Assembly (NCBI GenBank): GCA_035491795.1
Contig: DATJKD010000073.1
Location: 22,416-86,415 of the forward strand
Reading direction: 5' to 3'
Origin: Steroidobacteraceae bacterium
Lineage (GTDB): Bacteria; Pseudomonadota; Gammaproteobacteria; Steroidobacterales; Steroidobacteraceae
DNA: 64,000 nt
A program made the position numbers and the translations under genes. Position 1 is the stretch's first letter. Each line of letters begins with the position of its first letter. The notes beneath the pieces are model-generated. The model did no database searches, was not told the DNA's origin, and was given only the letters and a program-made list of their open reading frames with translations. This document shows, piece by piece, positions 40,708-52,000 of this stretch.

Positions 40708-41631
40708 TCACTCGAAGAACGCGAAGCTGCGGAATTCGATGCTTTCCCGGGGCCGGGCGTCCGGGAAGCTCAGATCGCGAAACGCGGTGTGGGGCGTCCG
40801 CAGCGCCTTGCCCGCCTCGCTGTCGTGGAACTTGATGAGCACGATCTCGTCTCGCGTCATGTTCGAGAAATACCACCACCGGTGCGCCGGGTTGTAGTGG
40901 AAGATGGCGGCCGCGAGCAGCGACTCTTCGTCCGGCATTTCGCACATCATGGCTTCCGGTTCGGGAATGCGGTCCACGACGTGCAGCGTGTTCGGAACCC
41001 CTTCGTCGGCGCGGACGCTCCCCGCGTCGCACAGCGCGAGCGGCCAGTCCTGTGGCGGTTCCGAGAATGAGCGCCAAAGACTGGAGGCGATGAAGCGCGA
41101 GTAGCCTTTGCCGTCCGGAAAGGCCTTGTCGTAGAGATCACGCGCAAGGAGCTCCGCGCGTCGTGGCGTGAAGTCGACGTGAGCCTCGCCAGCCGGCGGC
41201 TGGACGCCGCCTTTGTGCGCGTAACCGACGGTCTGGCGATGATGCCGCGACAGATCTCCGGAGGTGCGGATCATCCAGCTCATGAGTGCGACGCGGTTCG
41301 CACCGGTAAGTGCCTTGACGGTCTCCTCGACTTCGCCCGGGTAGATCCGCTCGACCTCGTCCCGGTCGAAGAAGTCCCGCACCGCGCTGCGATGCTCGGT
41401 CAGGACGAAACCGTTTACATCCAGGCTGAACCGCTCCCTGATCGGGCGTCCGTCGCGGATCCTCACGCGGTGCGTCTGATACCTGCCGGTGTTGCATTCG
41501 ACGCCCGGCGCCACGAAGCGGCGATTGATCCGCGAATCAGCCGTGACATAGCTGATTCCGGCCTCCACCGTTCTCACGTCGGGATCGTCCACGGCACCTC
41601 GCATCTCGCTTGCTCCGTCGAATGGGATCAT
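40708..41631 (-). CDS. CmcJ/NvfI-like putative Fe(II)/2-oxoglutarate-type oxidoreductase
   Basis: 307 aa with an HxD candidate (EAHVDFT) and a distal His (RTPHTAF). The overall layout resembles the bacterial/fungal CmcJ-AsaB-NvfI family, recognised from memory only. It has an ATGA overlap with the pmbA stop. Confidence 0.55.
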   Translation of the reverse strand: MIPFDGASEMRGAVDDPDVRTVEAGISYVTADSRINRRFVAPGVECNTGRYQTHRVRIRDGRPIRERFSLDVNGFVLTEHRSAVRDFFDRDEVERIYPGEVEETVKALTGANRVALMSWMIRTSGDLSRHHRQTVGYAHKGGVQPPAGEAHVDFTPRRAELLARDLYDKAFPDGKGYSRFIASSLWRSFSEPPQDWPLALCDAGSVRADEGVPNTLHVVDRIPEPEAMMCEMPDEESLLAAAIFHYNPAHRWWYFSNMTRDEIVLIKFHDSEAGKALRTPHTAFRDLSFPDARPRESIEFRSFAFFE

Positions 41632-42977
41632 TCGCCGGCGATCGTCATCTCCTCGATCAGGATCGAGCCCGTGCGGGTCCCGCCGCGGAGGTCGACGTCG
41701 TTGCCGACATCGACGATACGGCGATACAGGTCCTTGAGGTTGCCTGCGATCGTGACCTCGTGGACGGGATACGCAATGCGGCCACCCTCGATCCAGAATC
41801 CCGTGGCGCCACGCGAATAATCGCCGGTCACGCCATTGACGCCCTGCCCCATGAGCTCGGTCACGAGCAGGCCGCGATCCATGAGCGCGAGCATGCCGTC
41901 GAAGTCGCGCTCGCGCCCGCGCACGGTCAGGTTGTGTGTGCCGCCCGCGTTGCCCGTCGTGCGCAGCCCTAGCTTGCGCGCCGAGTAGGTGCTCAGCACG
42001 TAACCTTCGAGCACGCCGTTCGCGACGAGCTCGCGGTCGCGCGTCGCCACTCCCTCATTGTCGAATGGCGCGCTGCCGAGCGCCTTCGGCAGGTGGGGAT
42101 GCTCGTGAAGTGCGAACCAGTCCGGAAAGACCTGTTGCCCAGCCGCGTCGAGCAGGAACGATGCGCGCCGGTACTGGCTGCCGCCGCGGATCGCACCGAT
42201 GAAATGCCCGATCAGCCCGCGGGCGACGTCGGGCGAATAGAGCACCGGTGCGCGCGTCGTGGCGAGCTTGCGCGCCCCAAGCCGTGCAACGGCGCGTTCG
42301 CCGCTCCGGCGTCCGATACTCTCGGCGGGCTCGAGCTCGCGCCAGTCGCGCGTACTGCTGTACCAGTAGTCGCGCTGCATCTCGTCGCCGTCGACGCCGA
42401 TCACCGCGCAGCTGATGCCATGCAGCGACCCCGGGTAGGAGGCCATGAAACCGTGCGAGTTTCCGTATGCGCGCACGCCGGCGTGGCTGCTGACGCCGGC
42501 GCCCTCGGAGTTCGTGATGCGCTTGTCGACGACCATCGCTGCCGACTCGCAGGCACGCGCAAGCTCGACTGCCGCCTCGGGATCGAGCGCCCATGGATGC
42601 GACAGGTCGAGATCCGGGATGTCGGTCGCAAGCGTGTCGGGATCCGGGAGTCCCGCGCAGGAGTCCTCCGCGGTGAACCTTGCGATGCTGCAGGCCTTGG
42701 CGACGGTTTCGCGGAGCGCGTCCTCGGTCAGGTCGGCGGTGCTCGCCGCGCCCTTCCGCGTTCCAAAATACACGGTCACCCCCATTCCACGGTCGCGCTG
42801 GTACTCGACCGTCTCGACCTCGCCCAGTCGCACCGACACCGAGAGGCCGGTATCCATGCTGACCGCGGCCTCCGCCTGGTCTGCGCCGCGTGCCTTCGCT
42901 TCGCGAAGCGCGACATCGACCAGCGCGGGCAGGTCCGGGCCACGGACGGGCGGCGCAGGTGTTTGCAGGTCGTTCAT
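41628..42977 (-). CDS. pmbA: Metalloprotease PmbA (TldE)
   Basis: Reads MNDLQTPAPP...GMGVTVYFGTRKGAASTADL...SNSEGAGV...GNAGGTHNL...VTGDYSRGATGFWIENG-like, ending TIAGE. Start re-picked at ATG 42977. It is divergent from yjgA, as in E. coli. Confidence 0.9.
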   Translation of the reverse strand: MNDLQTPAPPVRGPDLPALVDVALREAKARGADQAEAAVSMDTGLSVSVRLGEVETVEYQRDRGMGVTVYFGTRKGAASTADLTEDALRETVAKACSIARFTAEDSCAGLPDPDTLATDIPDLDLSHPWALDPEAAVELARACESAAMVVDKRITNSEGAGVSSHAGVRAYGNSHGFMASYPGSLHGISCAVIGVDGDEMQRDYWYSSTRDWRELEPAESIGRRSGERAVARLGARKLATTRAPVLYSPDVARGLIGHFIGAIRGGSQYRRASFLLDAAGQQVFPDWFALHEHPHLPKALGSAPFDNEGVATRDRELVANGVLEGYVLSTYSARKLGLRTTGNAGGTHNLTVRGRERDFDGMLALMDRGLLVTELMGQGVNGVTGDYSRGATGFWIEGGRIAYPVHEVTIAGNLKDLYRRIVDVGNDVDLRGGTRTGSILIEEMTIAGE

Positions 42978-43055
42978 GCGTCGGGATCCACGAGGGTGCG
43001 GCAGCCATTCTAGCAGTGCCCGCCGCGCAACCCGCTGCGTGCTAGCATTTCGCGC

Positions 43056-43565
43056 GTGCGTCCACCCGACCACGATCCCGACGAGGCGCCCAGCAAGAGC
43101 GCCCGCAAACGCGAGGCGCTCGATCTCCAGTCGCTCGGCGAGGCGCTGATCGAGCTTCCTCCGGCGGAGCTCGATGCGCTCGATCTGCCCGAGACGCTGT
43201 ACGACGCGATCGTCGCCGCACGCGACATCACGAGTCGCGGCGCCGGTGTGCGGCAGCGACAGTTCATCGGCAAGCTGATGCGCAAAGTCGACGCCGAGCC
43301 GATCCGGGCCGCGCTGGAGCGGCGCCGCGACGCCGATCGAGCGCGGCTGCACAGCGAGCGCCACATCGAGCAATGGCGCGACCGGTTGCTCACAGACGAC
43401 GCTGCTGTATGGCGGGAGCTGCAGTCGTCGCACCGAGACGCGCCCGTCGACGAGCTGCGTTCGCTGGTGAGACAGGCACGCGCGGAACGGGACTCGGCGC
43501 GCCCGCCCGCGGCCGCGCGCAGGCTTTTCCGGCGACTTCGCGCACTGCTGGATCCGGGCCTTTAG
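43056..43565 (+). CDS. yjgA: Ribosome-associated DUF615 protein YjgA
   Basis: Contains [40 protein letters not shown] and IEQWRDRLL. The start is GTG. Confidence 0.85.
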   Translation: MRPPDHDPDEAPSKSARKREALDLQSLGEALIELPPAELDALDLPETLYDAIVAARDITSRGAGVRQRQFIGKLMRKVDAEPIRAALERRRDADRARLHSERHIEQWRDRLLTDDAAVWRELQSSHRDAPVDELRSLVRQARAERDSARPPAAARRLFRRLRALLDPGL

Positions 43566-43573
43566 GCCCGTTT

Positions 43574-44089
43574 ATGTACAATGCCGCGGTGAAGGCACTG
43601 GTCGGCATCATCATGGGTTCGTCGTCGGACTGGGAAACGCTCAAGTCCGCAGCCGACACGCTCGAGCGCCTCGGCGTACCGTTCGAGGTGCGAGTGGTTT
43701 CGGCGCATCGCACGCCCGATCTGCTGTTCGAGTACGCCGCCACCGCGCGCGATCGCGGGCTCGAGGTCATCATCGCCGGAGCCGGCGGTGCCGCTCACCT
43801 GCCCGGTATGACCGCGTCAAAGACCTCGCTCCCGGTGCTTGGCGTGCCCGTGCAGTCAAAGACGCTGAGCGGTCTCGACTCCCTGCTCTCGATCGTGCAG
43901 ATGCCGACCGGAGTGCCGGTCGGTACCCTGGCTATCGGTCCCGCCGGCGCGGTCAACGCGGCACTGCTCGCCGCGGCGATCCTCGCTAACGGACACCCTG
44001 ACGTGCGCGCCGCGCTCGACACTTATCGCGCCGCCCAGACCGAACACGTGCTCGCCGCACCGGATCCACGCAAGCCCGCTGGCACATGA
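43574..44089 (+). CDS. purE: N5-carboxyaminoimidazole ribonucleotide mutase
   Basis: Reads [14 protein letters not shown]...VVSAHRTPD...[14 protein letters not shown]...PVLGVPV...[14 protein letters not shown]. Start re-picked at ATG 43574. Confidence 0.95.
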   Translation: MYNAAVKALVGIIMGSSSDWETLKSAADTLERLGVPFEVRVVSAHRTPDLLFEYAATARDRGLEVIIAGAGGAAHLPGMTASKTSLPVLGVPVQSKTLSGLDSLLSIVQMPTGVPVGTLAIGPAGAVNAALLAAAILANGHPDVRAALDTYRAAQTEHVLAAPDPRKPAGT

Positions 44090-45171
44090 GAGTCGGCGTC
44101 ATCGGCGCCGGCCAGCTTGGGCGCATGCTGGCGCTGGCAGGCTATCCGCTGGCTCTGGGCTTCCGCTTCCTGGACAGCAGCGCGGATTCACCCGGCGGGC
44201 AGATCGCACCGATCGTCACGGGCGCGTTCGACGATGCGGATTGTATCGCGCGCCTCGCGGCCGGCTGCGACGTCGTTACCTATGAATTCGAGAACGTACC
44301 GGTCACTGCGCTTGCGCGGATACCAACCTCGGTACCGTGTCATCCGCCGGTCGAGGCGCTGCGCGTGTCGCAGGACCGGCTGTACGAGAAGGAGCTCTTT
44401 GGCAGGCTCGGGATCGTCACACCCGCCTATCGCTCAGTAGAGACGCTGCGCGAGCTCGAGATCGCGGTGGCTGCGATCGGCCTGCCCGCGATGCTCAAGA
44501 CGCGCCGCCTGGGATACGACGGCCGCGGCCAGCGGTGCCTGCGCCGCGCAGCCGACCTGGCGCCCGCGTTCGCGGCCCTCGGCGGCGTGCCACTCATCCT
44601 CGAGGGATTCGTACGCTTCGATCGCGAGGTGTCGATCGTGGGCGCAAGGAGCACGGCGGGCGAGACCCGCGCCTATCCGCTCGCGGAAAACATCCACGGC
44701 GACGGCATCCTCCGCGAGACGCGCGCACCCTTCAAACGGCCGGCGCTGCAGCGCGCGGCCGAGCGCCACCTCGGGCGGCTGTTCGATCACTTCGGGTACG
44801 CGGGCGTGCTCACGATCGAGTTCTTCGTCGAGCGCGGACGGCTGGTGGCGAACGAGATGGCGCCGCGCGTGCACAATTCCGCGCATTGGACCATCGAGGG
44901 CGCGGCGACCTCGCAGTTCGAGAACCATTTGCGGGCGATCCTCGGCTGGCCGTTGGGCGACACACGGGCGCTCGGCCATGCGGCGATGGTCAACCTCATC
45001 GGGACGATGCCGGACCGTGACGCACTGCTCGCCCTGCCGGACGTACATCTGCACGTCTACGGCAAGACTGCGCGGACCGGCCGCAAGCTGGGCCATTGCA
45101 CGCTCGTAGCCGCCACGGCCCGGGACCGCGATCGCCTGCTCCGGCGGGTACAGCGGCGCCTCCGACCCTGA
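44086..45171 (+). CDS. purK: N5-carboxyaminoimidazole ribonucleotide synthase
   Basis: Reads [15 protein letters not shown]... with an ATP-grasp body ([21 protein letters not shown]). It has an ATGA overlap with the purE stop. Confidence 0.92.
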   Translation: MRVGVIGAGQLGRMLALAGYPLALGFRFLDSSADSPGGQIAPIVTGAFDDADCIARLAAGCDVVTYEFENVPVTALARIPTSVPCHPPVEALRVSQDRLYEKELFGRLGIVTPAYRSVETLRELEIAVAAIGLPAMLKTRRLGYDGRGQRCLRRAADLAPAFAALGGVPLILEGFVRFDREVSIVGARSTAGETRAYPLAENIHGDGILRETRAPFKRPALQRAAERHLGRLFDHFGYAGVLTIEFFVERGRLVANEMAPRVHNSAHWTIEGAATSQFENHLRAILGWPLGDTRALGHAAMVNLIGTMPDRDALLALPDVHLHVYGKTARTGRKLGHCTLVAATARDRDRLLRRVQRRLRP

Positions 45172-45184
45172 CCGGACGTGCTGT

Positions 45185-45221
45185 CCGTCACCGTCCTACG
45201 ACCGACCTGACGGGTTTTTTT
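45185..45221 (+). terminator. Probable intrinsic terminator after purK
   Basis: CCGTCA...TGACGG stem followed by G + T7. The stem is short and the loop long, so the structure is only moderate, but the T-run is unusual in this GC-rich DNA. Confidence 0.5.
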
Positions 45222-45247
45222 GCGGTGACGCGCCGGGCCCTTATAGT
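45220..45247 (+). promoter_or_regulatory. Putative sigma70 promoter of the ExeA-FHA gene
   Basis: TTGCGG-16 nt-TATAGT, followed by GGGAG SD and ATG 45265. Confidence 0.45.
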
Positions 45248-45264
45248 TGCGCCCGGGAGCCTCG

Positions 45265-46449
45265 ATGTACCTCGAACATTTCCAACTGAAGGAATTGCCT
45301 TTCCGGCTCAGCCCGGATCCGGCCTTTCTATACCCGAGCCCGGTTCATTCCCGTGCCAAGGCGTACATGGAGTCGACCATCTGGTTCACGGATGGCTTCG
45401 TGATCATCACGGGCGAGATCGGCTCCGGGAAGACCACCCTGATCGAGACCTTCCTCAAGGAAATCGACAAGGATGTCGTCGTCGCGCAGCTCAACCAGAC
45501 GCAGGTGTCGCCGATCGAGTTCCTGCAGACCATGCTGGCGCAGTTCGGTTTCAGCCCGTTCAAGATGAAGAAGGCCGAGCTGATCACGACCCTCAACTCA
45601 TTCCTGATCGAGCAGTACGCAAACGACCGCAAGGTGCTGCTGATCGTCGACGAGGCGCAGAACCTGAGCAACAAAGTGCTGGAGGAGGTTCGGTTGCTGT
45701 CGGGCGTGGAGACGACCAAAGAGAAGGTGCTCCGCATCATTCTCGCGGGCCAGCCCGAGCTAAACGCCAAGATCGACTCGCCCGAGATGATGCAGCTGCG
45801 GCAGCGCGTCCGCCTGCGCTTCCACCTCTCGGCGCTGTCCGAGCAGGACACCGTGAATTACATCGACCATCGGCTACAGGTCGCCGGGTCGAACGGCCGC
45901 GCGCTGTTCGCGCCTGAGACCTACCCGGTCATCTATCGCTACACCGGCGGCATCCCGCGGCTCATCAATACGCTCTGCGATACGGCGCTGCTCGCGGCGT
46001 TCGCGCAGGACCACGCCACGATCGGCCTCGAGGAGCTGCAGGCAGCGATCGAAGAGCTGCAGTGGGTCGAGTACGCCGCGACGGCGATGTCGAAGCAAGC
46101 CAGCATCGACGACACGGCTACGCACATGCAGCCGCCGGTCGGCCGGGTGGTACTCGCGCTTCAGGGCGCCGTGGTCAGCGAGGCGCTGCTTGCGCCCGGG
46201 CGGTTCGTGATCGGTCGCACCACGGACAACGACCTGCAGATCGACAGCAAGTTCGTGAGCCGGCATCACGCTCAGATCGTCACGACGCGCGAGGGCAGCT
46301 CGATCGAGGACCTGAACAGCACCAATGGCATTTTCGTGCGCGGCCGACGCATCAGGCGCTCGAAGCTTGCCGAGGGTGACGTGGTCAAGATCGGCGTCCA
46401 CGAGCTGATCTACCAGCGGATCGACGGCGCGGCCTTTATCGGGCCGTGA
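45265..46449 (+). CDS. ExeA/GspA/MshM-like AAA+ ATPase fused to a C-terminal FHA domain
   Basis: The N-terminus reads MYLEHFQLKELPFRLSPDPAFLY, with Walker A GEIGSGKTT, Walker B LLIVDEAQNL and ILAGQPEL...LRQR, which are ExeA-family hallmarks. The C-terminus (about 46138..46422) reads GRFVIGRTTDNDLQIDSKFVSRHHAQIV...IEDLNSTNGIFVRGRRI...GDVVKIG, a canonical FHA. There is no TM segment and no peptidoglycan-binding domain. Confidence 0.82.
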   Translation: MYLEHFQLKELPFRLSPDPAFLYPSPVHSRAKAYMESTIWFTDGFVIITGEIGSGKTTLIETFLKEIDKDVVVAQLNQTQVSPIEFLQTMLAQFGFSPFKMKKAELITTLNSFLIEQYANDRKVLLIVDEAQNLSNKVLEEVRLLSGVETTKEKVLRIILAGQPELNAKIDSPEMMQLRQRVRLRFHLSALSEQDTVNYIDHRLQVAGSNGRALFAPETYPVIYRYTGGIPRLINTLCDTALLAAFAQDHATIGLEELQAAIEELQWVEYAATAMSKQASIDDTATHMQPPVGRVVLALQGAVVSEALLAPGRFVIGRTTDNDLQIDSKFVSRHHAQIVTTREGSSIEDLNSTNGIFVRGRRIRRSKLAEGDVVKIGVHELIYQRIDGAAFIGP

Positions 46450-46450
46450 A

Positions 46451-46675
46451 TCAGTCGAGCGGCGGGCGCTGGTACTCCTCCTGGGTGGCCCGGTAGTCAC
46501 GACGCCGCATCCAAACGACGAGACCGGCCGTCATGCAGAGCGCGCCGAGCACGAGCAGCAGGGCACGCGGCCCGGCTTCGATGAAGAACGCACAGAGAAG
46601 CTGAAACACACCGGCGGCGATATACACCATCGGCAGGGCCTCGTAGAGCGCGTTCGGGATCCACATCGGCCGCAT
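46451..46675 (-). CDS. Small two-TM membrane protein, unknown function
   Basis: 74 aa with two hydrophobic helices (LPMVYIAAGVFQLLCAFFI; ALLLVLGALCMTAGLVVW). It lies 11 nt downstream of tldD on the same strand. Confidence 0.55.
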   Translation of the reverse strand: MRPMWIPNALYEALPMVYIAAGVFQLLCAFFIEAGPRALLLVLGALCMTAGLVVWMRRRDYRATQEEYQRPPLD

Positions 46676-46686
46676 CGCGCCGTTCC

Positions 46687-48192
46687 CTACCCGGTGCCGC
46701 CCACCGTGAGTGCGTCTACACGCAGAGTCGGCTGACCGACGCCGACCGGCACGTCCTGGCCGTCCTTGCCGCAGGTGCCGACGCCGTCGTCGAGACGCAG
46801 GTCATCGCCTACCATCGAGATCCGCGTCATCACGTCCGGGCCGTTGCCGATCAGCGTCGCACCCTTGACAGGCCGCGTGATGCGACCGTTCTCGATCAGG
46901 TAGGCCTCGCTGGCGGAGAACACGAACTTCCCTGAGGTGATGTCCACCTGGCCGCCGCCGAAGTGTCGGCAATACAGGCCCTTTGCGACGGAACCCACGA
47001 TCTCCTCCGGTGAATGCGGCCCCGGCAACATGTAGGTGTTCGTCATGCGCGGCAGCGTCAGGTGCGCGAACGACTCACGGCGGCCGTTGCCCGTCGGGGC
47101 GACGCCCATCAGCCGCGCGTTGAGCTTGTCCTGGAGGTAGCCGCACAGCACGCCGTTCTCGATCAGCGTCGTGTACTGCGTGGTTGTCCCTTCGTCGTCG
47201 ATATTGAGCGAGCCACGGCGATTGGGAAGCGTCCCGTCGTCGACGACTGTGCATTCCGGCGCCGCCACCCGCTGGCCGATCCGGCCGCTGAACGCCGAAG
47301 TGCCCTTGCGGTTGAAATCGCCCTCCAGCCCGTGCCCGACCGCCTCGTGCAGCAGGACGCCGGGCCAGCCCGGCCCCAGCACCACCGTCATCGTGCCCGC
47401 GGGCGCCGGCACGGCCTCGAGATTGACCTGCGCGGTGCGCACGGCCTCGCGCACCAGCGCGCGCCAGCGCTCGCCGGTGCGGAACTCGGTGTACGCGAAC
47501 CGGCCGCCGCCGCCCGCATATCCCTGCTCACGCCGTCCCTCGTGCTCGATGATCACCGACACGTTGAGCCTCACCAGCGGCCGAACGTCGGCCGCGAGCG
47601 TGCCGTCGCTCGCGAGCACCATGATCGTTTCGTGCGACGCGGACAGGCTCGCCATCACCTGGCTGATGCGCGGATCGAGTGCGCGCGCCTCGCGGTCGAT
47701 CTCCTCCAGCAGGCGCACCTTGTCGCGGTCATCGAGCGTGTCGATCGGGTCGATGGGCAGATACAGGTCGCGCCCGCCGCCCGCATGCCAGGCTTGAAGC
47801 GCGCCTGTCGAGCCGCTGCGCGCAATCGCGCGCGCAGCACGCGCGGATTCGAGCAGCGCAGGCAATACGACCTCGTCCGAGTAGGCAAAGCCCGTCCGCT
47901 CACCCGCGAGCGCGCGCACGCCGACACCACGGTCGATGCTGTGCGCGCCGTCCTTGACGATGCCATCCTCGAGGGACCAGGACTCCTCGCGCACCGCCTG
48001 AAAATAAACATCCGAGTAGTCAACCGCATGCCCCATCACCTCGCCGAGAATGCTGGCGACGCGGTTTTCGTCGAGCGCGGCCGGCACCAGGATTGCGCTC
48101 CGGGCGTGGTCCAGTGGGTCGGCGTGCGTGCCGGTGGCGGACGGCAACTGGCTCGGCGAAAACATCGCCGGCGGCGGGATCGGGTGGCTCAT
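46687..48192 (-). CDS. tldD: Metalloprotease TldD
   Basis: It is collinear with E. coli TldD ([69 protein letters not shown]). An alternative start is MFSPSQ at 48165. Confidence 0.93.
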   Translation of the reverse strand: MSHPIPPPAMFSPSQLPSATGTHADPLDHARSAILVPAALDENRVASILGEVMGHAVDYSDVYFQAVREESWSLEDGIVKDGAHSIDRGVGVRALAGERTGFAYSDEVVLPALLESARAARAIARSGSTGALQAWHAGGGRDLYLPIDPIDTLDDRDKVRLLEEIDREARALDPRISQVMASLSASHETIMVLASDGTLAADVRPLVRLNVSVIIEHEGRREQGYAGGGGRFAYTEFRTGERWRALVREAVRTAQVNLEAVPAPAGTMTVVLGPGWPGVLLHEAVGHGLEGDFNRKGTSAFSGRIGQRVAAPECTVVDDGTLPNRRGSLNIDDEGTTTQYTTLIENGVLCGYLQDKLNARLMGVAPTGNGRRESFAHLTLPRMTNTYMLPGPHSPEEIVGSVAKGLYCRHFGGGQVDITSGKFVFSASEAYLIENGRITRPVKGATLIGNGPDVMTRISMVGDDLRLDDGVGTCGKDGQDVPVGVGQPTLRVDALTVGGTG

Positions 48193-48200
48193 TGACTGCC

Positions 48201-49013
48201 TCAGGCGTGCTGTCGGTGGGTCAGGACGGGGAAATTCTGCCTGACCTCGCGCTGACGCACGAGGTCGATTCGCCCGATCACGACCCCGGTGCCGCGTGGC
48301 AGCCGGCTCTGCACCCGTCCCCAGCAGTCGACGATCATCGTGTCGCCGTAGGTTTCACGGCCGTTTTCGTGGAATCCGGACTGCGCCGGCGCCACCATAC
48401 CGGCCAGGTTCTCGATGGCGCGCGCCCGCAGCAGTATTTCCCAGTGCGCGCGGCCGGTGGGCGCCGTAAAGGCGGACGGCAGGCAGAACCAGTCGGCGCC
48501 TGCGCGTCCGAGCTGGCGGAAGAGCTCCGGAAACCGCACGTCGTAGCAGACCGCGAGCCCCAGCCGGCCGGCGGGCGTATCGATGCATACGGGCTCACTG
48601 CCCCGCCGCACTGTTCCCGACTCCATGTAGCGCTCGTCGCGGCCCGGGATGCTGACATCGAAGAGATGGATCTTGTCGTAGCGCGCCACCGTGCGGCCGG
48701 TGGGGTCGAGGACCAGGCAGGCGGCCGCGACCTGTGAAGGGTTCTCGGTCGCGATCGGGATCGTGCCCGCAACCAGCCACATGCGGAACTCGCGGGCGGC
48801 CTGCGCGAGGAAGCGCTGGATCGGCCCATCACCCGCCTGTTCCGCGACCGCGAGCTTCTCCTGCTCGGTATGACCCATGAGCGCGAAGTTCTCGGGCAAT
48901 GCCGCGACCTCGGCGTCCTTCGCGCGCGCCTCGCGCAGCAACCGCCAGGCGTCGGCGAGATTTCGCGCGACGTCCGCGCCCGTGGTCATCTGGATGGCGG
49001 CGACGACGGTCAT
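48201..49013 (-). CDS. Carbon-nitrogen hydrolase (nitrilase-superfamily) protein
   Basis: Contains [13 protein letters not shown] and [14 protein letters not shown] (catalytic Cys). It has an ATGA overlap with the yhdP stop. The position between yhdP and tldD matches Pseudomonas. Confidence 0.85.
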   Translation of the reverse strand: MTVVAAIQMTTGADVARNLADAWRLLREARAKDAEVAALPENFALMGHTEQEKLAVAEQAGDGPIQRFLAQAAREFRMWLVAGTIPIATENPSQVAAACLVLDPTGRTVARYDKIHLFDVSIPGRDERYMESGTVRRGSEPVCIDTPAGRLGLAVCYDVRFPELFRQLGRAGADWFCLPSAFTAPTGRAHWEILLRARAIENLAGMVAPAQSGFHENGRETYGDTMIVDCWGRVQSRLPRGTGVVIGRIDLVRQREVRQNFPVLTHRQHA

Positions 49014-52000
49014 TGTGTAAGCGCCGCGGCGGCCTCCGGCGCAGCCGGGCCCGACGGTTCCGGCGCCGAGATGCGTTCAACCACCGGGGCCGCCCACGGC
49101 CCGGTGACGCGATAGTACGCGCGCGTCAGTCCCTTGAGCTGGCCCTTGAAGAGTTGCGAGAGCACCAGCACGCCGGCGCCCACGACCGGGCCCGCGGCGA
49201 GTGCACCCGCGACCGCCAGCGGACCGCCCGGGTTGCCGCTCACGATCACGGTCTGGTCGTAGTCCTGGCTCGCGAGCCCGGTCCGGCCCGCGACACCGAT
49301 GTCTACCGCCGTGCCGGTGAGCAGCAGGTTCTTCGTAAACGCGTCGCCGTCGTGCACCTCAAAGTCGCCGCGCACGGAATCGAAGGCGAGGCCTTCGTCG
49401 GTGACGTCGCGGAAATCGAGCGCGAGCCGTCGCGGAAGCTCGACGACGCTCATGAGGCCCAGCACCCGTCCGGCTGCGCCAGGCTCGACGTTGCGGAGCT
49501 GTCCGCCCTCGAGCTCGACGCGCACGCGGCCGTCCATGAGCCGCACCGCATCCCCGGTCGGCCCTCCCGGCCAGGTGAGGTGTGCGGCGATCGAGGCGCG
49601 CTGCGCCTCGATCGCATCGCGATACCCGAGCGCGACCGAGGCCGCGCGGAGATCGGTGCTGGTAGCCTCGAGGTCGAGTTCGCTGCGCGAGCCGCCCCCC
49701 TCGGCGAACCAGCGTCCGGTGCCCGCGATGTCGAGAGCCGGCGAATGCGTGGTCAACTTCAGCATGCGGAGCCCCTGCGGTTCGCGCACGATCTCGGCGC
49801 GCAACTGGCCGAACCGCCGCTCCTGCCAGACGAATTCCTCCGCGGATACCATCAGCGCCGGCATGCGGCGCGGATCGGCCGGCTCGGCAGGCGTCGGCGT
49901 CGTGGCCGCACCGGATTCGAGGTGCAGGCGCTGCATATCGAGCACGACCGGCGCACCGCTCTTAAGATCGAATGGAACGCTAATATGACCCGCAGCCTGC
50001 GGCCCGGTCAGGTCAACCTGCCAGTGCCGGTCGGATGCCGCGAGAACCGCGGCGACGTCGCGCAGCTCGTAGCCGTAGAGCCGCGCTCGCGCCAGGCGCA
50101 CGTTGACCGGGCCCAGCCAGTCCGAAAGCGTTCGTCGTGCGGGCGAGTCGCCACCGAGCGCGAGCCATCGTCCGAGATCGAAATCCGGCCAGTCGCCGTG
50201 GATCTGCAGCCCGCGAGTCGCGGGCAGCGACAGTGCTCGATCGTCGAAGCGCAGCGCGCCGCGCTCGAAGTCCGTCTTGCCGTCGCGGTCGCGGAACGCG
50301 AGCCGTGCGTGCGCCGCGCCGGAGCGGACGTCCACTTCGGTTGCGCCACCCGGCGAGTAGTCGAGCGTGAGACCGGTTTGCCGCTGGTCGTCCGGGGTCT
50401 TTGCAAACGGCGGCGGAGCCTCGATCGCGAGCCCGCGCAGATCGCTCGAGACTTCGAGCTGGGTCGGCCAGGGCTCGCCCTGCTGCTGCCGCTGCGACCC
50501 AAGCGCGAGCGTCCAGTTTAGATTGCCCGCCATCCGGATTCCGGCGGGCAGCCCGATGAACGCCGGAAGCTCCGCCCCGGCTGCGCGGCCGCTCCCCTCG
50601 ACGACGACCGAGTCGAGCTCCGGTGCCGACGGGTCGCCGGGCGCGACCGTGATCGAGAACGGGCCACCGAGGAACGTGCCGCGCAGATCGCTCGATCGTA
50701 TGTCGCGCCGCGCGACCACGAGCTCACCGCTCACCTGTTGCGCAGGGACGCGCAGCAGCGGCAGCGAGACGGTGGCCTGGTCGAGGTGTGCCCGCACCTC
50801 GTAGTTGCGGTCGGCCGGATCATGTGGGGTGAGGTGCAGCTTCAAAGCGAACGCCGTAGCTCCGCTCCCGGCGAGCTGCATGAACTGGCGGCCAAAGGTC
50901 GGGCCGAGCGGACTCTTCTGCAGCATGCCGAGCGCTTCTCCAAGGTCGCCGTCACCGCTGGCGTCGATATCGATTACCGGCTCCTTCAGGTCGGCGATTG
51001 CAACCGCGCCGCGGCGCAGCGATAAGCCTCCGACTCGCCCCGACCCAAGCTCCGCGCGCAGAGCGCCGTTCTCGAAGAGCACTCGCCCCCCGGCGTCGTG
51101 CAGCGGCGTAAAGCCGGCAAAATAGTCGAGCGTGATATCGCGCGCGTCGAAGGCGATCCGCATCTCGCCGCCGCCGTTGCGGAACGGGAAGCGCTTGACC
51201 GGCCCTGCGATGTGCACGACACCGTCGGTGGCGGTGCCCCGCACGAAGGCAGCCGCGAGCCATGCGATCGACTTAGGTCTAAGGCGCCCGTAGGGAAGCA
51301 GGCTACGCACAAGAGCCGCATCGGCTTGCTCTACGGTCCCGTCCACGCGCAGCTCGGGTGACTTCCTGCGGCCCGCGTACCGGAACTCGAACGCGCCGTG
51401 TGCTCGACCCTGAGCGTGCTCGAGCGAGATCTTCTTCGCGGCTGCGATCCAGGTGCGTCCTTCGCGACGCCACTCGATCTCGCCTGTCGCCGCGATCGGG
51501 CCGGGTGCGGCGGAGAACATCCGCGGCCATTCGAAGTCGAGGGACGGCGAACGCATTTCGATCCGGCCGCGCTTGTCGCTCCCCTTGACGGTTGCGGTCA
51601 GGCCCTTGAGCCCCGGCCACACGCCGCTGGCCGCGGCTCCGAGGTTCGCGACGTCGGCGTCGACCGCGAAGACCGGGATCGCTCCGGCGCGCGGCCGGTC
51701 CAGCTCGAGCGTGAGCCTGCGGATCTCGCCGCGCGGGGCGAGGCCCAGCCAGCGGTCCGCGGCGCGCGGTGCGACGGCCAGCGCGAGCGGCCACAGATCG
51801 TCGAGGCGCAGCGCCTCGCCCTGCAGCTTGAGCGAATGGCGCGTGACAGCCCGTCCGTGAAACTCACCCTGCAGCCGGGCGGGCGGAGGAGACCCCGTCT
51901 GCATCTCCCGCACGGCGCGCAGGTCGCGTAGATCGAATGCCCAACCGTCGTCGAGGCCGCGCAGTGCGAGGTGTCCGGCGAGGAGCTCGTACCTGGCCGT

